This document shows positions 9,611 to 20,344 of a stretch of DNA of 20,344 nt, piece by piece. Position 1 is the stretch's first letter, and every line of letters begins with the position of its first letter. This stretch comes from Ancylonema sp. Lineage: Eukaryota. The position numbers and the translations under genes were made by a program. The notes beneath the pieces were generated by a model that searched no databases, had not been told where the DNA came from, and was given only the letters and a program-made list of their open reading frames with translations. The DNA lies in assembly GCA_050230475.1 (NCBI GenBank), contig JBFLGF010000084.1, forward strand, positions 124,001 through 144,344, in the 5' to 3' direction.

Positions 9611-10578
9611 AATGGCAGCAAATTCGACTCCCCATGCAGTTATTACAGCTATTCTTGTGTCGTTCTTGTGATGGCTATGACTGCATCCCAATTTCTATCG
9701 ACATTTCGTGACCGTACTCCTTACAATGGTCCGTACACTCGTGGCCACTCGAAATCGAAAATAATTTACTTTCCTACCGGTTTTCACTCGAATCCACATC
9801 ATGAGCGGTGTGATGTCGTATAACTATAATATTGAGAATAGCAAGGCTTTTCTTCTCACAATACTCACTTGCCAACTTTCGAGGAAATAATGGAGGCGAG
9901 TAGATGATTCCGTAGTGTGAGGTACGTAATTGCCGATCATCAAATTATATTTTTGCCAAAGAAAGACAAGCTAAAGTCAATTAGTCACGTATTATCTCCA
10001 TACGCGTGTCTCCTTCAATCAATGTTATGTGCTTGTGCAAGTCATAGGATGCCTATTTGTACAATGACAATGCCTATTGGTACCTTTTTTTTCTACATTT
10101 TGTACAGATTGTCAAAGAGCACATTCCTTACAATTCGATTTGACTTCAGCACCTTAAGTGTAACCCTTGATGTGAGACCGACACACTTCGGATGGATGGA
10201 AGGTTGGGTATCTATCGGACGACATGCGACATGTGATCGCGTGTCCTATATCTATGGTGTCTTAAAGGAATTCCGTTGTGCACACGTGTATTATAGCGTT
10301 TATTACGTCAACTCTTAAGATTAGTATATTTTATCATTGTCCATCATGTCAAAGTCACTCCTTCATCCGGCCAAACACAAAATAGTAAGGGAAACCTCCT
10401 CATACGCATGCACTGGGCACTGGATTTACATTGACCCAGCAATCCTTAGCCGCTGTTGCCAGAGAGTCGATAGCCCCTTGTTCCCAAACTTTGACTTTGA
10501 GAACGTCACAATTGCCAGTGACGCCCATTAAGTGGATCGACTTTTTCACATCGCTCCACATGATCATTGACGTGTCGA

Positions 10579-10818
10579 AAAGTATGTGCCTCAATAAAAC
10601 CGAGCACTACATTGATTGGATGATAATCTGAACCTTGCCTTGTGTATCGATGCCACGACAGCTGGCAACGACAGCTGCTGGCACGTTTTCGGAAAGTATG
10701 TGCCTCAATAAAATCGAGCACTACAATGATTGGAGCACTACAATTATTGGATGATAGTCTGAACCTTGCCTTGTGTATCGATGCCACGACAGCTGGCAAC
10801 GACAGCTGCTGGCACGTT
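10579..10818. repeat. ~110-bp tandem duplication upstream of the GH16 gene
   Basis: 10579-10687 and 10693-10818 (AAAGTATGTGCCTCAATAAAA...GCTGGCACGTT). Copy 2 has an extra internal 17-bp duplication. Confidence 0.9.
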
Positions 10819-11134
10819 GCATAAACATGATCGAATAGATGGTCGTGGACAGCGTCCGATCGATTGTCTGACCGCGCACTTAAAGACGTCCGCGACTTTT
10901 GTGCGACGCACTGACCGGTTCGGTACTTTTGACGCTTGAATCGCCACTCTCGATTCGCTGGTTCGCTTCCGTCTCCTTCACACCCACTGAAGACTCGGAT
11001 AGCCAAAGGGTACATTACTTGACGTCATACAACAGGTCTCGATAACATGTATACTGCCACCGTCGCCCACCATACCAAAGACTCGATAGAAACTTTTCAG
11101 AAGATAGAGTTCACTCGTGAATGTTTGCCGATCA

Positions 11135-13878
11135 ATGCCGACATCTGCGGCTGTCTCCGGAAGTTTGACTGTAATCAGTTTAAAGTCAGCGGTTCTGGCC
11201 TCGTATTTACTCCTGTTCGCTTTGGTTATTTGTACCGCGTTCAGGTATGTATCTGGTAATACTGATATTCATTTCTAAAGCTCCTGGTCCTTCCCTCACG
11301 TATCGGTGCATGACCATTTCATATGTCGGAGATAATGCATCGCGCTTTGTATGGCCGAACAATATGAATTCCTGTTAACGCGATAAATCGATATGTACAC
11401 TCTGTCGACTTTTTCTACGTCGTGTACAGGGCCAACGGATTGGATGCAAATGGCGTGAAGCGTTCCCTGGACACCCATCGTACAACATACGGCTCGCCTG
11501 ATATCAAAGCAGTACCAGGGAACTTTCGGAAGCTTCTGACGTCCGTCACTGGACCTACTCCGCTCTTCACCTTAGAGTCCGGGCTACCGGACCATATTGA
11601 GTATACTGAGACAAATTTTGGGGCGCAAGTACTCATGACACTCGACCACTCGGGATGTGAGACAAAATCACCTTCGATTAAAAAAATCATGTGTGCATAT
11701 CGTAATTTCAACTCCTTCGATACCCTTATCACTTCGGTACCAGTATCATCGTTCTATGCTTTATCAAAGTTCATCATCCATGCCAGCCATGTATTCCGAA
11801 TTTTTGAAATTGGACTTGGTATCGATATCGGTAGCGGTATTGATGTATCGACGTACTGGATGTGGCATCAATCCGCAGCCGCTCGATTGAAGTCGTCGGT
11901 CGCTTACGGCCCCGGAACGTCCTTCAAGGCCAGCATCAAGAGGCCTGAGGGCAGCACCAGGTCTGAGAGCATATTGAAGTGGGGTTGAGAGTGTATAAGT
12001 CGATGCATATGAAATCTGGCCGATCATAGGAGTGCGGCTGAATAAAATGATGGCACTGGACTCACATGAACCATCCACATCGATGATCATTCTGGCAACC
12101 TTGCCTTGTAATTATGAACTTTGTGATGGCAGTGGTATTGTGACTTCGTTCTACACCGACACCGAGTCTGGAGTACACAACGAGATCGATTTTGAGTTCG
12201 TGGGGAACAACGTTTCTCAAGTGCAAACGAACTACTTCGTCGATGGGTAAGATGAATGATAGGATGGAAAGCGATTACGCCCCTCACAAAACTCTACCGA
12301 TTACCTATCTTTATTTATTATTATTTATTTTAAAGTAATCGATTACATGATGTCTCTAGAGGCTCGAGCTGCATTTTTTTATTTTATATTCAAATTCAAG
12401 AGCATGAGGGACTACTCATCGTTTCGTTTTGACACGTTTATCTTGAGGATGGTTTATCGCCAAGTGATGCAATTGACTCCAGGGATTGAGTTCATAATCA
12501 CCATTTACGTGTCTTGCGTGTCAATGGCTTATATTATTTCTCTTCTTTCTGAGGGGTGCTAACAAAACACTATCCCTGAGTTTTGATCACATGACACCAT
12601 TCTTGTATCAATGGGAGTGAAGAGTAGCAAACACCGGCGTTCTGTTCATATTGATATTTCATTGTCTCCTCCAATTTCAAGTTGGGTCTATTCACAAATT
12701 TCATGGATTTTTTTGCATGTTTTGACAAACATGATAAGTTTTACACATTCACATGGATTCTATATATACACTTAAAAAGATTGGAAGTTTGAGAGGGTAG
12801 TGGTGCCTACGTGAGTTACCGAGGTAGGGGGCCCGAATGTCGATTCCGTTAATCGAGGGCGTTCACTACTAATAGTTTACTTGTTATGTCGAAAACCCTA
12901 TTTAATTGCCGTCTCGAGTCTGTTTTTATCCGGTCTGTGCAATTGAGTAAATTTACTAGCGCCACCTGATCGCTCACACACTCATTTGTGTTTCATTGCC
13001 GCAGCACTGGAGGTCATGAGACGTTCTCTCCGTTAGTGGAGCCCTTCGCAACACGCTACCATACTTATGAGATCGTATACCTCGAAAACGCAATCAAGTA
13101 CGTGACCGGGACCAAATTAAATTCCATAGCCTTTACACGTCATTGAATTGATACAATTCATTGATCGAATCGACATGACACCTTTTGGAAATTGAGGGCG
13201 GGTGGGTTGCAGATGGTTTATCGATGATACCCTCATCCGTGAAGTACCGTACGATAAATCAATATCTTCCAACTCCACCCTCGAGCCATCCCATGCACCT
13301 CTACATTAGTGTGTGAGGGATGCATCCTCCTTTGGGCAGTGGGCAGGAGTGTGTTCTTACACAAACTCTCCGTATGTAGCCCACTACGCCAACATTAGCA
13401 TCACGGATTTGAAAACAGGGGTTTTATCGATCCCAGTCATCTCTACCTCCCTTCCACAAACTCTGAACTCTACAGTTACCACCACCGCAGAAGCCCCTTC
13501 TCAGAGCCCACTACCTACACCCACATCATTCACATCGGTAAGAGGTGTAATACGCACAAGCAACAACTAAATAATCGAAGGTTTATGGCCTTATACAATG
13601 TAAGGATAGTTTATAGGGTGCATTAATCAGCCGTGCATGTGCAAAAAAGTTCCAGCCAAACAAATGGTGTTACCCCCATCGATACCTTTCATTATTGATG
13701 CCTCCATTTCCATATTGATCAAATCAATGTCTTCCTCTAATACAAAAGGAGTGCTCTCGATTTACAGACAACTCAAGCGGCATCCGGTGCTACAATTACG
13801 ATATCCCATGTTGGGGTGTGGGCAATGGCACTTTCTATCATATTCAATACTTATTTAATTGGAGCGCATGGTGGCTAA
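11135..13878 (+). CDS. Secreted, probably GPI-anchored glycoside hydrolase family 16 protein (EG16/XTH/lichenase-like); exons 11135-11244, 11430-11656, 11879-11960, 12133-12246, 13005-13097, 13213-13537, 13768-13878; exon 6 disrupted as assembled (possible pseudogene)
   Basis: All six GT-AG junctions are phase-compatible (1062 nt spliced). Signal peptide, then LDHSGSARLKS..Y, SGIVTSFY, catalytic NEIDFEFVGN, VQTNYFVDGTGGHE, YHTY, IKWFIDD, PMHLYISV/DAS..WAG..PYVAHY, a S/T/P stalk and a hydrophobic tail. In-frame TAG at 13307-13309. Confidence 0.85.
12759..12872 (+). mobile_element. Possible ~114-bp non-autonomous Helitron in GH16 intron 4
   Basis: TCTATATATAC start, subterminal hairpin (TCGATT-ccgtt-AATCGA) and CTAA|T end. 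The 5' flank is T rather than the canonical A. Confidence 0.25.
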
Positions 13879-14283
13879 GCATCCAATACTCTGGCTCATT
13901 CCTTCTACGGAGTAAAAATTGTGCACTGATAAGTGATTAAGTTATTGATGGTGATGTAGACGGTCTTATTGATGTAGATGGTGGATTTTCCATCTGAAAT
14001 GTATGCGAGGCTGATCAGAATTAATGACCAGAAATAGTTGTGCACATGTGTAGGAGATTGATAGTAAGTCATCATTTCAAGTTCTAGTTTCATTTTGCAG
14101 TTTACCGTACATCATATTTAATACAAGGAGACCTTGTAACAAACGTAGCATGTAATTCGCATCAAACCACCATCGGTTCCTTTCGTAATTTTCCAAGCTC
14201 CTTCACGACGTAGTTATTGTGGCAGAATTTTGGTCACGACATCCGCAAACACTGTTAAAAAATAAATGTGTCAAGGTCGACGT

Positions 14284-14755
14284 TGTAGAGTAAGGCAATC
14301 AATAATAGCCTTAAAACTAGGTTTGAACAATTTAGGTTACATTTTGTTATAAGAGAAGTTACTTAGATCGTTATAAAGCGAACAGAGATTCAGTTATTCG
14401 TAATAGTGAATTTCGGTCAAGTTTGACCGACTGGGCGCATAGTTGGTTTAACAGACATTGACTTTTATGAAAAGAGACGTTTGACCACGGCGGTTGAACG
14501 TGACAGTCGAACGTTTTGGGCGTGTGTGGGCGCGTATGTCAGTGTGCCGTCAATAGTTGTCAACAGAGCTTTTACAGTTTGATACTTGTATGCGTCCGCA
14601 CATGATTAAAAATAATTCATTCTGTGCACGTCGTTGTTATCGTGTATCATTTTGTGAATGTTTTCATGTCAGCAGTAAAGGCTGCAAAGAACAGTTCGGG
14701 GTTGACCCGGATCTGGTTCAGAGAAGAATATCTCCAGATGGCTGAATATTCTACA
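14284..14755 (+). repeat. copia B 5' LTR (472 bp)
   Basis: Direct repeat of 19312-19786. Confidence 0.96.
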
Positions 14756-14769
14756 AGGTATCAGAGCCA
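14756..14769 (+). promoter_or_regulatory. tRNA-iMet PBS
   Basis: AGGTATCAGAGCCA versus canonical TGGTATCAGAGCCA. Confidence 0.85.
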
Positions 14770-14807
14770 ACGGTGACCTTGATGGTTATCAGAGGCCAAG
14801 ACTCGTC

Positions 14808-17800
14808 TTGAAGGACGGGAATCGTTGGGTCTACGATGATCGAGCAGTCGCTACGAGAGAAGAAATCTGGGGTCAGTCCAAGGGACTGTGGCAGTACCTG
14901 GACCTATTTCTAGTACTCGGAGCCGGCGCGACACCTGGCCATTCCTGCAGTAGCAGCAATCCTTTGCTTGCCAATGGGCGTCCGCGCCCGTTGCCGCCAA
15001 TTCCAGCCGTCGTCGCCAATCTGGGCGTGACACAAGTACAAGTGGACGCCTCTCGAGTGGCTTTTGAGCAGTACTCTGTCAATGAGGCTAAGGCCAACTC
15101 GATGATTCTTCTCTTACCCTTGAGCAAAAGGATGTGCTTACATTGCTTGCATTTCCTAGTGCCCGGAAAGTGGACAAAACATTCTGCAGACCATGTTTCA
15201 ATTACTCAGTCAAGAGCAATCAATGCTCATCAGAAATTTCAGTCATTTGCATTTATTGCTGGAGAGCATGTGTATCAGATCAGACAACGTTTTGACGGTC
15301 TGGTTACTGAGTGTATTCTGCAAGGTATCGTCCTGACGGAGAACCAGAAATCAACGGTGCTACTGACGCACCCTAGCGAGCGATGGCGACTTACAATTGA
15401 CAACATCTCTATGCAAGTCCCTCTTCCTACGACTGCAGCGATTTTCGAGCAAATGATTATCCTCAGCGAGAAGTGGGAAGCCAGAGATGACAAGGAGCAC
15501 ACGGAGGCTAATATGGCGGACTACCGTCGTCAGAGCCTGAAGAACCGTGGGGAGCAGTATAACTCTCGAAGCAGCTGTCAACAAAAGGAGGTTCAGCCCG
15601 GAGCCGCAAATCCCTGCTGGTGCGGAAGCAGCCAACATCTCTTCAAGGACTGCAACAAGAAGGGTCTGACGTGCAACACTTGCAAGAGGAAAGGGCATTT
15701 GGCCCACATGTGCAACAAAGGAGGCGCGTCATCAACAGCATACGTGCAAAAGGCGTCTACCTTCAACTCTTCAGTGATCGAGGGCAGCAAGGGCAAGCCA
15801 AAGAAAAAGTTGAGTTTTCCCGTGGCACAAAGAAATCATCAGCTCTTAAGAATGCCAATGAAGGCAGCTGAGATTATCGATGCCAATACTGGAGATGTTT
15901 CTCAATTTATGAGAGCAATGAGTGGTTGGCATTCTGGTGCAAGTAGGCACATTTGTAATGACATTCGCATGCTATGGAATGTCAGGCAGTTAGATAAGCC
16001 GGTGATTGTGAGGCAGCTTGTCGGAGAAGTAGAAGTCACAACATGTGGTACTGTCAAAATTGAGTGTGAAAATAAGCTTGGAGTTGAGGTGCAGATCGAT
16101 CTATATGATGCACTTTTAGTTCCTGACCTCCGAGTTAATTTGTTCAGCTTACAGAAAATGAGGCAGGCATCTGTGAGGCTAGAGTATCCAAAAGAGTTAG
16201 GGACAGTCTGGATGCTCAACAAGTCAGGGGAATACATAGGCAGTCTAGATGAGAGTACTGTCGGACGACCAACCCTGAACTGCCGTACACTTCTTCGCGC
16301 AAGATGACTACCCTCTTCCTTCTTCCTGTGGTGAATTCAGGTCCAGGTGCTGCTGCTGCCGTCGTGGAGCCCGGTACCGCCTCTGCTGTTGCACAGGGGG
16401 CTCACCAGTTGTCGTACCCGCTCCCTCCGTTGTTCTATCAACCGAGACCGCAGCAGCCCCATCTGGACAGCCTGAGAGGAGGCCCACCCAGCTATATCCA
16501 TCGATCTTTTGCACCGGCGCACCGGTCACACCGCCATGACTACCTTGAAGCGGCTCACCGGTGGCAACCTTCTTGTTCGTGGCTTAAAGGAGGCACCGAC
16601 CGGCACTTTGGGTGTATGCCGAGGCTGCATGCTAGGCAAACCGATGGCCAAGCCGCATCGACCGACCGACCCCACAATCAGGGCCGGCCAACCTCTCGAA
16701 CTCGTACATGCTGATTTGGCGGGGCCAATCAAGCCAGCCTCGTGGGGAGGCGCTCGCTACTTGTTCGTGCTCACCGACGACTATTCTCGAAAATGTTGGG
16801 TAATTCTCCTTACTTTGAAATCCCAGACCGAGAACAGGATCAAGCAATGGGTTGCCAAAGTCGAGCGTGAGTGCGGAATGTCCTTGGGTCGACTAAAGAC
16901 TAACAACGGTGGCGAGTTCACGAAGCAAACTTTGAAGGAGTGGCTGTCGACAAGGGGGGTCACTCAAGAATTCACCCCTCCTCGATCGCCACAAAGCAAC
17001 GGTGTAGCCGAACAATGAATCGCACCCTACAAGATAAGGCCCGATCGATGATGGTGCAGTCCGGTTTTGAAAGGAGGGAGCTGGGGAAGAAGTATTTTTG
17101 GCAGCATGCTATCTGCGCAACCGAGGCCCTGTCCTCCTTCTAACTTCTAACCCCTCAAGAGCTGTGGACCGGGAAGAAACCCACAGTGGCGCATGGCGCA
17201 TCTTCGATCTTTCGGGTGCAAAGTTTTCAGCCCTATCGAATGAGAGGTGGCAAATGGGTGAGGTGAGGAAAGAGGGGGTGCTAGTGGGGTACTCGGATGA
17301 AAGTCCCTCCTATCGAGTATGGGATCCAGTAAAGGGGAAGGTGCTAAATGTTGGGGGGGATGACTTCGATGAGGAGGTGGAGCCGGGGTGGTGGAAGAAA
17401 AGAGGCGAGGTGGGGGCGACACTCAAAGAGGAGGATCCAGTGGAGTTCCCTGATTTGGCCGATGTTGGAGACGATAGCCGACTCCCTTCCCCCTCCTCCT
17501 CCCCCTCCCCCTCCCCCTCCTCCTCCCTCCTTCCTCTCCCTCTCCCCGAGCAGATGATGGAGAAGAAGAAGAAGAAATCCCAGAACTATTACTATTGGAG
17601 GACGACTCACGCAACGAGGGGGACGAAGATGACAATGACATCCTCCTCCACCCCGAAGAAGTTCAAGGACCAATCGGGGAGTGCCGCCTCTCCGCTACGA
17701 CGACGTGTTTGAGGCAGCCGTCGATCTTATTTGTCCATCGACAGTGGAGGAGGCAGTTGGTGGAGATCAGGCGGAGAAGTGGGCAGAAGCCATGGACAGT

Positions 17801-19280
17801 GAGCTTGAGTCGCTCTGGAAGAAGGGGGTATATGTGGAGGTGGCGAGGCCTATTGGCAAGAAAGTCATAGGCAGCAAGTGGGTGCCGAATTAAAACAAAC
17901 TCAGCCGGAAAGGTCGACAAGTACAAGGCCAGGGGGTGGTCGCAAAGGGGTACCGGCAAATGGAGGGGGTTGACTACTATGAGACATTCGCCCCCACCGT
18001 CCGTTTGAGGCATCGGAGCTTATCGCCTTTGGGGTAGCAGAAGGTTGGAACTTTGATCAAATGGATGTGTCGACAGCATTTCTCTATGCTATGCTGATCT
18101 TGAGGAGGAATGGAGGTGCCAGAGGGAGTATCAGGTGTGGAAGGCATGGTGTGGAGACTCCTAAAATGTTTGTACGGTCTGAAACAGAGTCCCCGAATGT
18201 GGAATCAGACTATCGACAAAGTCTTAGTAGAAATAGGATTTGTTCGACTCAAGACAGACCATGGGGTGTATGTTTTCGGGGTGGGGGATGGGAGAGTCTT
18301 TATCGCCTATCGCCCTGTATGTGGATGACCTCCTGATGGAAAAGGAGGGAGGTGCTGGAGATGGTGAAGAGGAAGGCTTCATGAGAAGTTTGAGATGAAG
18401 GATCTCGGGGTCGCAACTTTTCTCTTAGGGATAGAGTTAAGGAAGGCATGAGGGGGGGATCTCTTCTTGGTGCAGCAAAAGTATGCTCTTGAGGTGGTCG
18501 ACAAGTTTGGCATGGGGGATAGCAAGCCAGCATCGACACCATTCGAGCCGGGAAGCTTTTGGGGGTAGAGGGAGCCCACAGAATGAGGAGGAGAGGGCTG
18601 CAATGGAGGTAATTCCCTATAGGTCCTTGGTGGGAAGCCTAATGTATCTGGCGTCTGCACTCGACCTGATCTAGCCATGGGAGTTTCGACACTCAGCCGT
18701 TTTGCCAGGATCCAGGAATGCTACACTGGGAGGCAGCCAAGAGGTTGCTAGATATGTCAAGGGTAGTGCTGGGGATGGGCTGCTTTATGGCAAGGGAGAA
18801 GAAGTGGGGCTATGGGGATATAGCGATGCAAGTTATGGTAATGATCCAGAGACCAAGAGGGGGAGATCTGGCTTTATCATGATGAGTGGTGGTGCTGCAA
18901 TTAGTTGGGGTAGCAAGCTTCAGGAGGTGGTGGCTTTAAGGCTTTAAGTAGCACAGAAGCTGAGTATATGGCATGCAGCCCAAGAGGCATTGTACTTACA
19001 TCAGTTGCAAATGGAGATGGGAGTAGATCATGAGGGGAAAGGAATTCTCTTGTTGTGTGACAATCAGTCTAGTATGAAGATAGCTCAGAATCCTGCTGTC
19101 TTCCATAAACGCAGCAAGCACATTTCTATTCGGTATCACATCCGGGAGAAGGTGGAGAGTGGGGAGATTGAACTTCAATTTGTTAGGACAAAGGAAATGG
19201 CAGCCGACCAGCTTACAAAGAATGTGGGAGTACAAGTGTTGGTGGCTGGCAAGGAGTTGATGGGCATGATTAGTGGCTAG
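14808..19280 (+). pseudogene. gag-pol: copia B gag-pol polyprotein, multiply frameshifted
   Basis: Zinc knuckles CWCGSSQHLFKDC and CNTCKRKGHLAHMC. Degenerate protease (SGASRHIC). INT: HRRTGH..CRGC, VHADLAGP, TDDYSR, TNNGGEF, PQSNGVAE. RT: MDVSTAFL, LYGLKQSPRMWN, YVDD. RH: GYSDASY, CDNQS, FHKRSKHI, ADQLTK. Confidence 0.93.
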
Positions 19281-19300
19281 AGGGAAAGCCATTAGTGATT

Positions 19301-19310
19301 GAGAGGGGGA
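19301..19310 (+). promoter_or_regulatory. copia B polypurine tract
   Basis: GAGAGGGGGA, 1 nt before the 3' LTR. Confidence 0.85.
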
Positions 19311-19311
19311 T

Positions 19312-19786
19312 TGTAGAGTAAGGCAATAATAATAGCCTTAAAACTAGGTTTTTGAACAAGTTAGGTTACATTTTGTTATAAGAGAAGTTATTTAGCTCGT
19401 TATAAAGCGAACAAAGATTCAGGTATTCGTTATAGTGAATTTCGGTCAAGTTTGACCAACCGGTCGCATATTTGGTTTAACAGATATTGACTTGTATGAA
19501 AAGATACGTTTGACCACGGCGGTTGAACGTGACTGTTGAACGTTTTGGGCGTGTGTGGGCGCGTATGTCAGTGTGCCGTCAATATGTTAACAGAGCTTTT
19601 ACAGTTTGATACTTGTATGCGGCCGCACATGATTAAAGATAATTCATTCTGTGCACGTCGTTGTTATCGTGTATCATTATTGTGAATGTTTTCATGTCAG
19701 CAGTAAGGCTGCAAAGAACAGTTCGGGGTTGACCCGGATCTGGTTCAGAGAAGAATATAGCAGTCCAGATGGCTGAATATTCTACA
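19312..19786 (+). repeat. copia B 3' LTR (475 bp)
   Basis: TGTAGAG...ATTCTACA followed by the TSD. Confidence 0.96.
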
Positions 19787-20344
19787 GACGTATGATGATG
19801 TATCGATGAATATAAAGTGACAAAACAGTGATACGAATAATCGCGTCGAGATAGGCTAGAATATGAATTCGTCTACAATGGCCACGCGAAAAATTAGGTG
19901 ATGGGTTTGGGTGTGAAAACAACCACTTGTTGCAAAGTTTCAAAGCTTTAAATGTGCATACAAATGTCGATGTAGCACACTTTTTAAACTTGGAGATTGC
20001 AATTTCGAGGTAATACATACGTGGTCAACATTTATAATTTATCGAGATGAATCCTGGTGTGGTAGAGTGCCAACCCAACCCAAGCTATAACTTCGACACT
20101 TTCCCCAATCTATATTGTGCATTCTACCAACATGATCGATGCCCGTTAAAAGTGCATTAATAGGCGGGCCAATGAGGCATCGAGACTAGCTATGCAATAT
20201 CACCATAGGTGCATGTAAAAGCAAGTTGACCTCTTTGCAAAGTACGTGAAGGGATCGACCACATCATAAAACATTAAGACAAGGAACCTTGCGGGTGGTG
20301 AGAAAAGATAGTTAGACACACATCTCACACAACAATAATGCACA

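Larger units (their letters stand above)
14284..19786 (+). mobile_element. Full-length Ty1/copia LTR retrotransposon B (decayed)
   Basis: TGTAGA..TCTACA LTR pair, TSD GACGT (14279-14283, 19787-19791), PBS, PPT and gag-PR-INT-RT-RH order. Confidence 0.97.

Noticed and set aside
8900..10330. Short ORFs in the AT-rich intergenic region
   Set aside because: No motifs, coherent splice structure or coding bias.
10400..10594. Minus-strand ORF faintly like a Tc1/mariner transposase C-terminus
   Set aside because: No DDE/D motif or terminal inverted repeats found; the similarity is too weak.
11415..11732. Minus-strand ORF with an ERCC4-like IFLIEGD motif
   Set aside because: It is antisense to a well-supported GH16 exon/intron, and no ERK..D nuclease core is visible.
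11422..11988. 188-aa ORF as a standalone gene
   Set aside because: It is GH16 exons 2 and 3 read through a stop-free 222-bp intron.
17485..17600. Poly-Pro/acidic low-complexity tract and its antisense Gly-rich ORFs
   Set aside because: Ordinary variable INT-RT linker of copia; the ORFs arise from low complexity.
19792..20344. Possible gene disrupted by copia B
   Set aside because: Joining the flanks across the TSD gave no convincing ORF or exon.

Overview
Eukaryotic nuclear DNA, most likely from a non-seed plant. This is an inference from GT-AG introns, tRNA-iMet-primed Ty1/copia elements, a chromovirus with no tRNA primer site and an EG16/XTH-type GH16 gene. 1-~7340 is a nested LTR-retrotransposon stack about four layers deep. 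A decayed copia (A) ends inside the PBS of a minus-strand LTR element. Copia A is interrupted by a chromovirus-like LTR (ending at 218) and by a solo LTR (1144-5599, TSD CTCGG). That solo LTR is split by a gag-less Ty3/gypsy chromovirus (1406-5370) with an apparent self-priming PBS and an abnormal 22-bp target duplication. 7788-13878 holds two spliced host genes that the ORF track fragments: a 143-aa single-pass membrane protein with QQYPN repeats, and a 7-exon secreted GH16 endoglucanase-like gene with a Ser/Thr/Pro stalk, a probable GPI signal and a local frame lesion in exon 6. 14284-19786 is a full-length but frameshifted copia (B) with TSD GACGT. All calls come from reading the sequence by eye; no database searches were run.
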